Made by a program: the position numbers and the translations under genes
Notes under the pieces: generated by a model
Databases searched by the model: none
What the model saw: the letters and a program-made list of their open reading frames with translations, nothing else
What the model was told of the DNA's origin: nothing
In this document: positions 1-9,793 of the stretch, piece after piece
Layout of the letters: the number at the start of each line of letters is the position of its first letter
Position numbering within the stretch: the stretch's first letter is position 1
Virus record (IMG/VR): IMGVR_UViG_3300032218_000317
Location: 1 to 35,768 of that record
Source: a virus
Lineage: Duplodnaviria; Caudoviricetes
Strand: one strand, 5' to 3'
Length of the DNA stretch: 35,768 nt

Positions 1-116
1 ATTTCTGGTGACTTGTATGGTGATGGTACTGGTAACGGTGGTAAGAACTTGGATGGTTTGGGCGCTGCTGTTGCTGCTGTTCCAACATCTGGTACTTACG
101 GTGGTATTAACCGTGC
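1..116. repeat. Terminal direct repeat (left copy), imperfect; marks a circular assembly
   Basis: Matches 35653-35768 except at 79-81 (GTT vs TCC), 87 (A vs T) and 90 (T vs A). Confidence 0.97.
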
Positions 117-582
117 TAACTGGACTTTTTGGCAAAACCAAATCACTACTGGCGCTACTTCAGGCACAATTTTGGCTAAGATGACAGAAGCTGCTATCAA
201 GCAGATTCGTGGCACAGACAAAGCTGACCTTATCGTTGCTGGTAACACAATGTATCAATATTATGTTGGCGCATTGCAAGCTATTCAGCGTATTGCTTCT
301 GAAGAGTCTGGCGCTGCTGGTTTCGCTTCATTGAAGTTCTACGGTGGTGGTACATCTGCTGATGTGGTACTCGGTGGTGGTTATGGTTCACAAGAAACAG
401 ATACATATATGTATTTGTTGAACACTAACTACATCTTCTTGCGCCCACATAAGGAACGCAACTTTGTACCTATCGGTGGTGAACGCCAAGCTATCAACCA
501 AGACGCAATCGTGAAGTTGTACGGTTGGGCTGGTAACTTGACAACATCTAACAGCTTCCTACAAGGCTTGTTGACAACCTAA
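1..582 (+). CDS. Major capsid protein, 3' part (continues from 35260 across the junction; about 324 aa in total)
   Basis: In frame with the ORF starting at 35260. Follows the scaffold gene. ...LYGDGTG..LDGL..YGGINR... is typical of phage major capsid proteins. Confidence 0.9.
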   Translation: MSGDLYGDGTGNGGKNLDGLGAAVAAVPTSGTYGGINRANWTFWQNQITTGATSGTILAKMTEAAIKQIRGTDKADLIVAGNTMYQYYVGALQAIQRIASEESGAAGFASLKFYGGGTSADVVLGGGYGSQETDTYMYLLNTNYIFLRPHKERNFVPIGGERQAINQDAIVKLYGWAGNLTTSNSFLQGLLTT

Positions 583-608
583 TAGATTGGGCGAAAGCCC
601 TTTCTATT
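581..608 (+). terminator. Hairpin with GAAA tetraloop after the capsid gene; possible partial terminator or stabiliser
   Basis: GGGC-GAAA-GCCC (589-600), extended by AATAGA/TCTATT and followed by T-rich sequence. Confidence 0.5.
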
Positions 609-642
609 GTTTGTCTACTCATTTAATTTAAGGAAATAAATC

Positions 643-948
643 ATGGCATATTCAGTAACCCCCCTATCTGGAATTAACCTTAACGGTACAACTCCAGTTT
701 CTTTTTCATACACCGAAGGTACAACAGCTATCAATATTCCAGCTTTTGGCCCATTAGGTACACAAGTATTTGGTAATGATGGTAAGCGTTATGTATTCGC
801 ACAAGCTGGTGCAGCTATTGCAGCTTCTACAGCTACTGTGGTAGTTAATGCTTCTACATTCCAAGCAACTTTGGGCGCTGGTTCATATTTCACTGCAACC
901 TCTATGGCTTCTGGTGATTTTGGCTGGTTCTCTATCGCTTCTGTTTAA
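643..948 (+). CDS. Putative capsid decoration/cement protein
   Basis: 101-aa Ala/Thr/Gly-rich protein directly after the capsid gene; AAGGA RBS. Confidence 0.6.
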   Translation: MAYSVTPLSGINLNGTTPVSFSYTEGTTAINIPAFGPLGTQVFGNDGKRYVFAQAGAAIAASTATVVVNASTFQATLGAGSYFTATSMASGDFGWFSIASV

Positions 949-988
949 TAGGTTATCCCTTTTAAATTGAAGAATATGTAGTAAAACT

Positions 989-1025
989 GGGATTCCCTCA
1001 AAATGGGAGTCCCTTTTATTTTTTT
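989..1025 (+). terminator. Rho-independent terminator
   Basis: GGGATTCCC-TCAAAAT-GGGAGTCCC followed by TTTTATTTTTTT. Confidence 0.85.
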
Positions 1026-1053
1026 AATAACCCTAACCACTTAGGAGATTTAA

Positions 1054-1677
1054 ATGGCTATCGAATCAGATATGCAAGGTGCAGATTCAAAATTAGCAGT
1101 CACATTCTATAAACGGTCTATGGAACAAAAAGATGAGTCCATTGCAGCAGGTAGACCGATTTTTAAAGAATTTGATTTTGTCCGTATTTGTGTCCCAGGA
1201 GACGCTTTAACTGAGATTGACACATACGCAAATAATTCACATAAAGCACGCTTTCCACGCCAATGGATGCACTATCAGAATCAAGTAGCAGGTCAAGAAA
1301 TGATTATTGGCACTCCTATTGAACAATGGCCTTTAATTACTCGTAGTCAAGCCGATGAGTTAAAAGGCATTAAATTTCGCACAGTAGAAGATGTTGCTAA
1401 CTGTTCAGACCAGCAATTACAGCGTATTGGCATGATTGCAGGTATGTCGCCTCATTCTTTCCGTGAAAAAGCCAAGTCATTTTTGAATTTAGCTTCAGAT
1501 TCAGCAGAAACTGCCCAAAGAGAAGAAGAATTGCAAGAACTTCGTGCAGAAAATGATAAAATCAAGGCTGAAACAGAGGCGAAGCTGGCAGCTATGCAGG
1601 AACAAATGTCAGCGATACTTGCGGCTGTAGCGGAAAAAACACCCAAAACACGCAAAACTAAAGTAGCCGAGGCTTAA
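1054..1677 (+). CDS. Phage hypothetical protein (head-tail region, C-terminal coiled coil)
   Basis: 207-aa ORF with AGGAG RBS, between the capsid and adaptor genes. Confidence 0.75.
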   Translation: MAIESDMQGADSKLAVTFYKRSMEQKDESIAAGRPIFKEFDFVRICVPGDALTEIDTYANNSHKARFPRQWMHYQNQVAGQEMIIGTPIEQWPLITRSQADELKGIKFRTVEDVANCSDQQLQRIGMIAGMSPHSFREKAKSFLNLASDSAETAQREEELQELRAENDKIKAETEAKLAAMQEQMSAILAAVAEKTPKTRKTKVAEA

Positions 1678-1678
1678 T

Positions 1679-2584
1679 ATGTCCCAAACGATGTTGCAAC
1701 TTGTTCAGCAAACAGCAGCCGAATTAAACTTGGCTGTTCCTACCTATGTAGCTGGCAACACTTCCCAAGATGTCCAGCAAATTCTTGCGCTGATGAATGG
1801 CTTTGGCTATGACATGGTAAAAGAGTACGAATGGCAGGCTTTGCAAGTGCAATATCGTTTCTACACACAAGCTATTAACTGTAATGCCACCTCTGTAAAC
1901 GGTTCTGTATTGCTGACTGTAGACCCAGGTGTTGACCTTACTGCTGTTGACAAACAATGGCAGATTACAGGCACTAACATTAACCAAGATACCAATGTTG
2001 TGTCTGTAAATGGTCAAGTTATTACCATGAGTCAGATGGCTTCTGGCACAGGAAATGGCGCTATTGTATTGGCGCAAACTGCTTATTCTTTGCCACCTGA
2101 TTTTGAGTCTATTACCAACCGCACTCAATGGGATAAAACAAAACATTGGGAAGCTTTAGGGCCTGAAGACCCACAGCAATGGCAATGGCTAAAGTCTGGT
2201 TATATTTCAACTGGCCCTCGTATTCGCTGGCGTATTTTTGACAACCAATTCCAAGTATGGCCTCCAATGAATACTAATGAGTATTTAGGTTGGGAATACA
2301 AGTCTAAAGGCTGGGCAAGAAGCGCAACAAACGAAATAAAAAACAGCTTTACAGCAGACTCAGACACGACTGTGTACGATGACCGTTTAATGGTTTTAGG
2401 CACAAAATTAAAGTATTTCCAAGTTAAAAACTTTGATACAACTGCTTTGCAACAAGACTATTTCCGTTATCTGTCTATTATCAAAGCAAACGAAAAAGGT
2501 GCGCCAAATCTGTCATTTGCACCATATCCAAGTAAGGTGCTTATTGGTTATGCCAATATTCCTGATACTGGTTATGGAAGCTAA
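1679..2584 (+). CDS. Putative head-tail adaptor / tail tubular protein A-like
   Basis: 301 aa with a helical N-terminus (MLQLVQQTAAEL); lies just before the nozzle-like gene. Confidence 0.6.
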   Translation: MSQTMLQLVQQTAAELNLAVPTYVAGNTSQDVQQILALMNGFGYDMVKEYEWQALQVQYRFYTQAINCNATSVNGSVLLTVDPGVDLTAVDKQWQITGTNINQDTNVVSVNGQVITMSQMASGTGNGAIVLAQTAYSLPPDFESITNRTQWDKTKHWEALGPEDPQQWQWLKSGYISTGPRIRWRIFDNQFQVWPPMNTNEYLGWEYKSKGWARSATNEIKNSFTADSDTTVYDDRLMVLGTKLKYFQVKNFDTTALQQDYFRYLSIIKANEKGAPNLSFAPYPSKVLIGYANIPDTGYGS

Positions 2585-2586
2585 TT

Positions 2587-4383
2587 ATGGCAACACCTCA
2601 GCGTAGAAATGCGGTAACAACTTCAGCCCCAGCGCCTATTGGCGGCTGGAACGCTAGGGATTCTTTGGCAAATATGTCGCCAACTGACGCTGTGCAGTTG
2701 GTTAACTTTTTTCCTACACCTACAGATGTAACCCTTAGAAAAGGCTATACAAAAGCTTCTACAGGCATTACAGGTAAAGTTAATACTTTAATGAATTATT
2801 CAGATAGTTCATTAGCTGCTGGTTACAGGTTATTTGCCGCAGCAGGAAATAAGATTTATGACGCTAAACCATCTACTGCTGTAGAGTTTTTTAGCGGTAT
2901 TACTAACGACAAATTTCAATCTGTAAACCTTACAAACCAAGCAGGTCATTTTTTAGTGGCTTGTAATGGTGTAGACCCAACAATGGTGTTTGACGGAACG
3001 CATTGGTTTTATATTGCAAGCACAACAACTGCACAAACAATTAGCAGTATTACCCATGTTGGCGCTGTAGCTACGCTTACAACTGCTGCGCCTCATGGAT
3101 TAATTACAGGCAATAGAGTGACCATTTCTGGCGCTACTTCTAGCGAATATAACGGCACTTATGTCATTACCAAGACTGGCGCAAGCACCTTTACTTACAC
3201 AATGGCTTCTACCCCTGCGGCTAATGCTACAGTAGTAGGAACATATACAACTATTGGTATTGTTGGCGCAACTGTTGGCGGCACTACTTACACCATTGAT
3301 TCAAGCAAATTTGTCAATGTAAACCTATTTAAAAACCGCTTATATTTCACCGAAAAAGACAGCTTAACTTGTTGGTATTTGGATGTAGATGCTATTGGTG
3401 GTGAAGCTTCACCTTTGTTTTTTGGTGGAATTGCTAGAAATTCTGGTTATTTACAAGCTATGGGAACATGGACATTAGACGCTGGACAAGGCGCTGATGA
3501 CTATGCTGTATTTGTAACCAGTATGGGCGAGGTCATCGTTTATAACGGCACAGACCCAAATACGGCTGACACATGGTTACTTAAAGGCGTATGGCAATTA
3601 GGTCAAACTTTTAATAGGCGCTGTTTCTTTAAATGGGCTGGCGACCTTTTGTTGCTTACGCAAGATGGTTTAGTGCCTTTGGCTTCTGCACTTCAATCAA
3701 GCCGCTTAGACCCTAGAATTAACCTCACAGACAAAATTTACTATGCTGTAAGTCAAGCAGCAACCAATTATTACGCCCTTTTTGGTTGGCAAATTAACTA
3801 TTTTGCTAGTGAAAATATGCTTATATTATCTATTCCTACTGATACAGGAATGGAACAGTATGTAATGCACACCATTACTAAAGCTTGGGGTCGTTTTACA
3901 GGTATTGAAGGATATTGCTGGGAAGTTTCAGGCGACAACGATATGCACTTTGGCGGTGATGGTTATGTTGGTAAGTTCTACAATACAACCTCTGATAATG
4001 GTAATAACATTGTTGCAACAGCACAACAAGCGTATAGTTACTTTGACAGCCCAGGGCAATTAAAGCGCTTTACTTTAGTCCGACCTATTCTTCAAACAGA
4101 CAATGGCATACCGACTGTTCTATGCGGTATTTCAGTAGATTTTGATACCACTCCTTTGACAAACCAAATAGCGTTTAATCCTAATGCCTCAAAAGTAGGT
4201 AAATGGGATGTTGCTAAATGGGATGAGGAAAACTGGGGTGGTCAGCTTGTAACTACAAAAATTTGGCAAGGTGTAACAGGATTGGGCTTTAGTGGTTCAG
4301 TCAATATGAATGTGGCCTCTGCTGGTATTGAATTGCATTGGGCTTCAACCGATTATGTAATGGAACGAGGTGGCGTACTGTAA
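2587..4383 (+). CDS. Putative tail nozzle / DNA stabilisation protein (P22 gp10 or tubular protein B-like) with a Thr-rich inserted domain
   Basis: 598 aa, beta-rich; PAPIGGWNARD N-terminus; insertion TTAAPHGLITGNRVTISGA..YNGTY. Confidence 0.65.
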   Translation: MATPQRRNAVTTSAPAPIGGWNARDSLANMSPTDAVQLVNFFPTPTDVTLRKGYTKASTGITGKVNTLMNYSDSSLAAGYRLFAAAGNKIYDAKPSTAVEFFSGITNDKFQSVNLTNQAGHFLVACNGVDPTMVFDGTHWFYIASTTTAQTISSITHVGAVATLTTAAPHGLITGNRVTISGATSSEYNGTYVITKTGASTFTYTMASTPAANATVVGTYTTIGIVGATVGGTTYTIDSSKFVNVNLFKNRLYFTEKDSLTCWYLDVDAIGGEASPLFFGGIARNSGYLQAMGTWTLDAGQGADDYAVFVTSMGEVIVYNGTDPNTADTWLLKGVWQLGQTFNRRCFFKWAGDLLLLTQDGLVPLASALQSSRLDPRINLTDKIYYAVSQAATNYYALFGWQINYFASENMLILSIPTDTGMEQYVMHTITKAWGRFTGIEGYCWEVSGDNDMHFGGDGYVGKFYNTTSDNGNNIVATAQQAYSYFDSPGQLKRFTLVRPILQTDNGIPTVLCGISVDFDTTPLTNQIAFNPNASKVGKWDVAKWDEENWGGQLVTTKIWQGVTGLGFSGSVNMNVASAGIELHWASTDYVMERGGVL

Positions 4384-4826
4384 TGCGTAGAGTGACAACA
4401 GAAAACCAGCAATATATGGGGGATTGGCTGGTTAGAATGATGAACTACCCTTTGCCAACAGAAACAGTATGTATAGGTCAAGAAATTGATGGCAATTTAG
4501 CAGCAGTTGTAGGATTTTGTAGTTTTATGCCAAAAGCGTGCCAAATGCACATTGCGGCAGTAGATGAAGTTAATTGGATGAACCGTGATTTGTTGTGGGC
4601 GGCTTTCGATTATCCCTTTAATAAACTAGGAGTTAGCGTTATACTAGGGCAAGTTTGCGGAGATAATGACGCAGCCCTAAGATTGAACCGACACCTTGGT
4701 TTTAAAGTGATAGCCGAAATCCCTGACGCACACATGGATGGTGACTTAGTGATAATGGCTATGAGGCGTGAAGATTGTCGTTGGTTAGACATCAAATGCC
4801 CTTTAAGGACAGCAAGAGGAGAATGA
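4383..4826 (+). CDS. GNAT-fold acetyltransferase-like protein
   Basis: Start reassigned to ATG 4383 (TAATG overlap). FDYPF..LG and N..ALRLN.HLGF are GNAT-type motifs; position is typical for podoviruses. Confidence 0.75.
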   Translation: MRRVTTENQQYMGDWLVRMMNYPLPTETVCIGQEIDGNLAAVVGFCSFMPKACQMHIAAVDEVNWMNRDLLWAAFDYPFNKLGVSVILGQVCGDNDAALRLNRHLGFKVIAEIPDAHMDGDLVIMAMRREDCRWLDIKCPLRTARGE

Positions 4827-4827
4827 C

Positions 4828-5886
4828 ATGGGTGGTGGTGGATTTTTAGGATTAGGGCCTGCGCCAAGTGCGCCAGCAGCGCCTGACTATACAGCAGCAG
4901 CAAATGCTACAGCTTCAGGCAATCTTGACGCTGCAAGGGCTGCTACGGCTGCCAATCGTGTAAATCAAGTTACTCCTTATGGAAACCTTGATTACAGTAT
5001 TAATGGTACAGACCCTTATGGCAATCCTACTTGGACTGCTACCACATCACTTTCTGATGTAGGCCAACAGCTTTTAAACAATCAAAACAACGCAAGTCTT
5101 GGTTTAGGAAGCACAATTAATGCTGCTTTAGGACAAGTCCAAAACACAATGGGTCAAACTTTTGACCCTAATTTACCTTCTACTGGCATGAATCCTGGGC
5201 AGTCTTATCAAGATGCTTATATGCAGCGTCTTGCCCCACAAATTGCACAAAGTCGTGAATCAACACAATCACAGTTAGCAAATCAAGGCGTAGTTCCTGG
5301 GACAAAAGCCTATGACAATGCTATGCGTCAACAATCACAAAAAGAAAATGATTTGTTATTGGGCGCTACAACCCAAGGTTTTGGTGTTGGTCAACAAGCA
5401 AATCAACAAGCTTACAACCAAGCGCTTACCAATTATCAGTTACCACTTAATACTTTAAGCGCATTGCGTAGCGGTTCACAAGTTCAAAACCCTTCTTTTG
5501 TAAATTCTGCCCAACAAGCTACTACTTCTGGCCCTGATTTATTAGGCGCAGCACAAATGGGTTATAACGCACAAATGGGCGGCTTTAATGCCCAACAAGC
5601 AGCGCAACAAGGCATGAACAGTGGATTAATGGGTTTAGGTGGAACATTGGGCGCTGCTGCAATCATGTCAGATATTCGCACAAAAGAAAATATTAAAGCT
5701 ATTGGTTGGTTGCCTAACGGATTACCTGTATACGAATACGAATACAAACCAGAGTGGAAAGATGAAGCAGGTCATGGCAAGTTTATTGGTGTTATGGCAC
5801 AAGAAGTTGAAATGGTTAAGCCTGAAGCTGTTGTCACACGCCCAGATGGGTACAAAATGGTTAATTATGGAGTGCTAAATGGATAA
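4828..5886 (+). CDS. Putative DNA ejection/pilot protein with C-terminal peptidase S74 (intramolecular chaperone) domain
   Basis: Gln/Ala/Gly/Asn-rich body; C-terminal SDIRTKENI..YEYEY..GVMAQEV..PEAV..VNY motif. Confidence 0.75.
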   Translation: MGGGGFLGLGPAPSAPAAPDYTAAANATASGNLDAARAATAANRVNQVTPYGNLDYSINGTDPYGNPTWTATTSLSDVGQQLLNNQNNASLGLGSTINAALGQVQNTMGQTFDPNLPSTGMNPGQSYQDAYMQRLAPQIAQSRESTQSQLANQGVVPGTKAYDNAMRQQSQKENDLLLGATTQGFGVGQQANQQAYNQALTNYQLPLNTLSALRSGSQVQNPSFVNSAQQATTSGPDLLGAAQMGYNAQMGGFNAQQAAQQGMNSGLMGLGGTLGAAAIMSDIRTKENIKAIGWLPNGLPVYEYEYKPEWKDEAGHGKFIGVMAQEVEMVKPEAVVTRPDGYKMVNYGVLNG

Positions 5887-6262
5887 CAATTACTTTTCAC
5901 AAGTAAGCCCATATTTTCAACAACAAGACCAAGGTTTAAGTCCTGTATTTCAAAATATTGCACAACAACAGCAAAACCAAAACGCTGCTTTGCAACAACA
6001 AATGCAGAACAATCAGATGGCTGGTCAACAACATGGTGGTTCAATGGGTGGTATGAACCCATTAGCTATGGCTGCTATGTTGCGTGGCAAACAAGGTCAA
6101 AATCAATTTGGTAATAGCGGCATGAGTCCAGGAATGACTAATGGCGGTGTTACTGGCAATGTTTACGATGATAGCGGAAACTTGGTTAGTTCTGGTAATG
6201 CAGCGCCTGCTGCGGCTACTTGGAATCAAGCGTTTGGCGGAACTGGTGGAATGGGCGACTAA
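5879..6262 (+). CDS. Gln/Gly-rich hypothetical virion protein
   Basis: 127-aa ORF tightly packed within the ejection-protein cluster. Confidence 0.65.
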   Translation: MDNNYFSQVSPYFQQQDQGLSPVFQNIAQQQQNQNAALQQQMQNNQMAGQQHGGSMGGMNPLAMAAMLRGKQGQNQFGNSGMSPGMTNGGVTGNVYDDSGNLVSSGNAAPAAATWNQAFGGTGGMGD

Positions 6263-6263
6263 T

Positions 6264-7520
6264 ATGGCAACTAATGAATTAAACATAGCCCAAGCTGGAA
6301 CAATGTCTCCAGAAGATTTTGCACAGCAACAAGCATTAAGTCGCCAACAACAAATGGCTACAATGTTGATGCAACAAGGTCAACAGCAACCACAAGGCCA
6401 AATGGTTAGTGGTCGTTATGTGCCAACTTCATTTTTTCAAAACTTGCAACCAGTAGCCAATATGCTGACTGGCGCTTACCTTGCAAAACAAGGGGATACT
6501 GAAGCTGCTAAGTTAGCGCAAAAGATTCGTGAAAACAAAAATGCTTCAGAACAAGCAATTCTTAATAAAGTTCTCGGCACTCCTGCAACACCAGGAATGG
6601 AAGGTGGTATTCAAGGCCCTAGCGGTCAAATGACAAAAGAAACTACTGCTGATATGTATAACGCAGATATGTCTCTTAATCCACAATATAAGCAAGTAGC
6701 CCCTGTAGCAGCAAAACCTGCTACTGCGCCTGATTTAGCTGCCGCTTTGCGTGAAATTGAATCGCCAACAAATTACTATGGCGCTGGAAAAGATTTAAAG
6801 CCAACCATTCTTAAGCAGTTAATGCCTGAAAAACCATCTGACCAACTTGGCTATGAACTTGCTAAATCGCAAGGATTCCCAGGTTCTTTCTTGGATTATA
6901 AAGTTGGCCTTGCAAACGCTGGCGCTTCTAGAACATCTTTAAATGTTCAAAATCAATTACCGTTCAAAGAACAAATCCAAAAAGAAGCCGCTTCTGGTTT
7001 GATGAAAAACTTTGAAACATTGCAAAACATTCCGTCTACATTGCAAAATATGGACAAAATGGTTAAGTTGTCACAACAGCCTATTTACGCTGGTGTTGGT
7101 GGCGAAACTAAATTGCAAATTGCTAAATTGCTTAATAACAACTTTGGCACAAATATTAACCCAGATGCAGTTAAAAATACTGAGGAATTTAAATCTGCTG
7201 CTTACATGGGTATTATGGAAAATCTTAAAAAGACAGACTCCAACCCAACAATGGCACAGCAAAATGCACTTAAAGATGCTATTGGTAGCTTAGGTACTGA
7301 CCCATCAGCATTGCCAAGAGTGGTTAATGTAATGCGTGATGTATTGATTAATAAAGCAGAACAGCACAATAGACTTGTTCAACAAACCATGCAAAATGGC
7401 GTTCAATATCCATATAGCATTGAAGTGCCATTGCCTAAACCAGCACCTGCTGGCGGCATAGGTAATGTTGATACATCTTCTTTAGATGCAATTCTTAGAA
7501 GCCGTGGCGCAATTAAATAA
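6264..7520 (+). CDS. Putative ejection (internal virion) protein
   Basis: Start reassigned to ATG 6264, right after the upstream stop; Gln-rich, helical, about 418 aa. Confidence 0.65.
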   Translation: MATNELNIAQAGTMSPEDFAQQQALSRQQQMATMLMQQGQQQPQGQMVSGRYVPTSFFQNLQPVANMLTGAYLAKQGDTEAAKLAQKIRENKNASEQAILNKVLGTPATPGMEGGIQGPSGQMTKETTADMYNADMSLNPQYKQVAPVAAKPATAPDLAAALREIESPTNYYGAGKDLKPTILKQLMPEKPSDQLGYELAKSQGFPGSFLDYKVGLANAGASRTSLNVQNQLPFKEQIQKEAASGLMKNFETLQNIPSTLQNMDKMVKLSQQPIYAGVGGETKLQIAKLLNNNFGTNINPDAVKNTEEFKSAAYMGIMENLKKTDSNPTMAQQNALKDAIGSLGTDPSALPRVVNVMRDVLINKAEQHNRLVQQTMQNGVQYPYSIEVPLPKPAPAGGIGNVDTSSLDAILRSRGAIK

Positions 7521-7529
7521 GAGATAAAT

Positions 7530-9212
7530 ATGGCAGAACCAACACAATCTCCTGCGGTTGATTTAAACAAGCTTTCCACTGAGGATTTGCTTGCTATTAA
7601 ATCTGGCGATTTAAATAAAGTATCAACAGAAGGTTTATTGATGCTTAAAGCTTCACAGCCACAAGCAGAACAACAACCACAACCGAAAAGAGAAATACCT
7701 GCCTATCAATCAGCTATTGTTGGTGGCGGTAAAGGTGTTACAGAACCATTATTAGCTGCTGGTCAGTATATGGGTGGTGCGCCTGCCGAATTTTCTAATG
7801 AAGTATTACGCAGAATGAAACCGTTTCAAGAAGCCAATCCAACTACATTTGGCGCTGGTCAATTAGGCGGTGGAATGTTAAGTGGTGGCGCTTTAATGAA
7901 AAGCGCTGGCATGATTCCTAGCTTTGCAAAACTAGGGCCTTATCTTCAAAGTTCTGCAATAGGTGGAATGATGGGCGTTTTAACGCCTAATGAACAAGGT
8001 AAATCAGGTCTTGATATGCTTGCTGAAGCACCACAAAAAGCAGTAGTTGGCGCTGGTGGCGGAGTTATAGGAACTGGTTTAGGTCGTACTTTTGCCAATG
8101 TTGTAGGCCCTAATTTAGACGCTGCTGTTCGCAAATTAATTGGCGAAGGTGTTAATTTAACCCCTGGTCAAATGATGGGCGGTATTCCGCAAAGAATAGA
8201 AGATAAATTAACTAGCGTGCCATTGCTTGGTGACCTTATTAATTATTCAAAAACCAAAGGCATTGAAGAGTTTAATAAAGCTTCTTATCGCAGGGCATTA
8301 GAACCTATTGGCGGAAAAGTACCTGAAGAAACGGGTCGTGCTGGCATGGAATCAGTTAAAAATCAAATTTCTGGCGCTTATAACGAATTATTGCCAAAAT
8401 TAACTTATAAACCTGATAATCAATTTTTAACAAGTCTTTCAAATGTTAAAAATCAAATTGAAGGTATAGACCCTGATAATGCAAAAAAAGTAGCCGATAC
8501 TGTTTTTGATGTAGTAAGCAAAAGATTAGATAAAAACGGTGAAATTAAAGGCGAAGCGTTTAAAGTTGTTGAAGAAAAGCTTGGTAACCTAGCTAAAACT
8601 TATCGTGCAAGCCAAGATGCAGACCAAAAAATGATGGGCGATGCCTATGCCAACGCTTTAGGTGAATTGCGTCAAAACTTAGCTAGAAACAACCCTCAGT
8701 TTGCAGAACAACTAGGAAAAATTAACACTAGCTTTGCTAATTTTGCACGCTTGCGTAGCGCTGGTTCTATGGCTAATACACAAGAAAGATTTACCCCTAG
8801 TCAATTAGCAGCAGCAGTAAAATCAGCCGACCAATCTTCAGGAAAAGGTGCTACAGCCACTGGAAATGCTTTAATGCAAGACCTTTCTGATGCTGGCGTA
8901 CAAGTATTGCCAAGCAAAATTCCTGATACTGGTACTGCTGGCAGACAAGCTGTTAATACTGCATTAGCTGCTTTATTGGGAGGTGGAGGCTATCAAACAG
9001 CACAAACGCATCCCATAGCTACTGGAACAGCCGCATTATTAGGCGCTGCAGCTTCTGCACCATATCTTCCAGGTGGTCGTAGCTTAGTCACAATGATTGG
9101 CGCAAAACGCCCAGAATCCATACAAAAATTGGCAGACTTTATTCGTGAATCCTCACCGTATTTAGCTGCACCAGGCGCACAAAAAGCAGTAGAAAAATCG
9201 GAGAATAAATAA
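7530..9212 (+). CDS. Putative ejection (internal virion) protein
   Basis: 560 aa, Ala/Gly-rich with hydrophobic glycine-rich segments; last of the large internal-protein genes. Confidence 0.65.
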   Translation: MAEPTQSPAVDLNKLSTEDLLAIKSGDLNKVSTEGLLMLKASQPQAEQQPQPKREIPAYQSAIVGGGKGVTEPLLAAGQYMGGAPAEFSNEVLRRMKPFQEANPTTFGAGQLGGGMLSGGALMKSAGMIPSFAKLGPYLQSSAIGGMMGVLTPNEQGKSGLDMLAEAPQKAVVGAGGGVIGTGLGRTFANVVGPNLDAAVRKLIGEGVNLTPGQMMGGIPQRIEDKLTSVPLLGDLINYSKTKGIEEFNKASYRRALEPIGGKVPEETGRAGMESVKNQISGAYNELLPKLTYKPDNQFLTSLSNVKNQIEGIDPDNAKKVADTVFDVVSKRLDKNGEIKGEAFKVVEEKLGNLAKTYRASQDADQKMMGDAYANALGELRQNLARNNPQFAEQLGKINTSFANFARLRSAGSMANTQERFTPSQLAAAVKSADQSSGKGATATGNALMQDLSDAGVQVLPSKIPDTGTAGRQAVNTALAALLGGGGYQTAQTHPIATGTAALLGAAASAPYLPGGRSLVTMIGAKRPESIQKLADFIRESSPYLAAPGAQKAVEKSENK

Positions 9213-9793
9213 TGAGTAGAAACGGTAGCGGTACATATAGCCTACCTGCTGGCAATCCAGTAGTAACTGGCACAACTATATCGTCTACATGGGCTAATAA
9301 TACCCTTGCAGACATTCAAAATGCGCTTACTCAGTCTATTGCTGCTGATGGTCAAACACCGATTACTGGCAATTTGCAAATGGGGACTAATAAAGTCACC
9401 AATATGGGTGCGGCTACTGTAGCTGGTGATGCTGTTGAATATGCCCAATTCGTCACTCCTACCTTTACTGGTAATGTGACTATGCTTTCCACAGGGTTTG
9501 TATTGATTCCTAAAGGCACAACTGCACAACGCCCTGTAAGTCCTGTAGCTGGCGAAATCCGTTATAACACCGATTACAACGCTTTTGAAGGCTATGCAAA
9601 TGGCGCATGGGGTAATATTGGTGGTGGCGCAACAGGCGGTGGTGGCGACCAAGTTTTCGTAGAAAATGGCGTAACAGTAACTACAAACTACACATTAAGC
9701 ACAAGCAAAAATGCTGAGTCAGTCGGGCCAATTACCATAAATTCAGGCATTACGGTATCCATTCCCTCAGGACAACGCTGGGTCATACTTTAA
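9212..9793 (+). CDS. Tail fibre base/adaptor protein
   Basis: MSRNGSGTYSLPAGNPV N-terminus, PKGTTAQRP..GEIRYNT..FEGY motif, C-terminal ...SGQRWVIL module. Confidence 0.75.
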   Translation: MSRNGSGTYSLPAGNPVVTGTTISSTWANNTLADIQNALTQSIAADGQTPITGNLQMGTNKVTNMGAATVAGDAVEYAQFVTPTFTGNVTMLSTGFVLIPKGTTAQRPVSPVAGEIRYNTDYNAFEGYANGAWGNIGGGATGGGGDQVFVENGVTVTTNYTLSTSKNAESVGPITINSGITVSIPSGQRWVIL

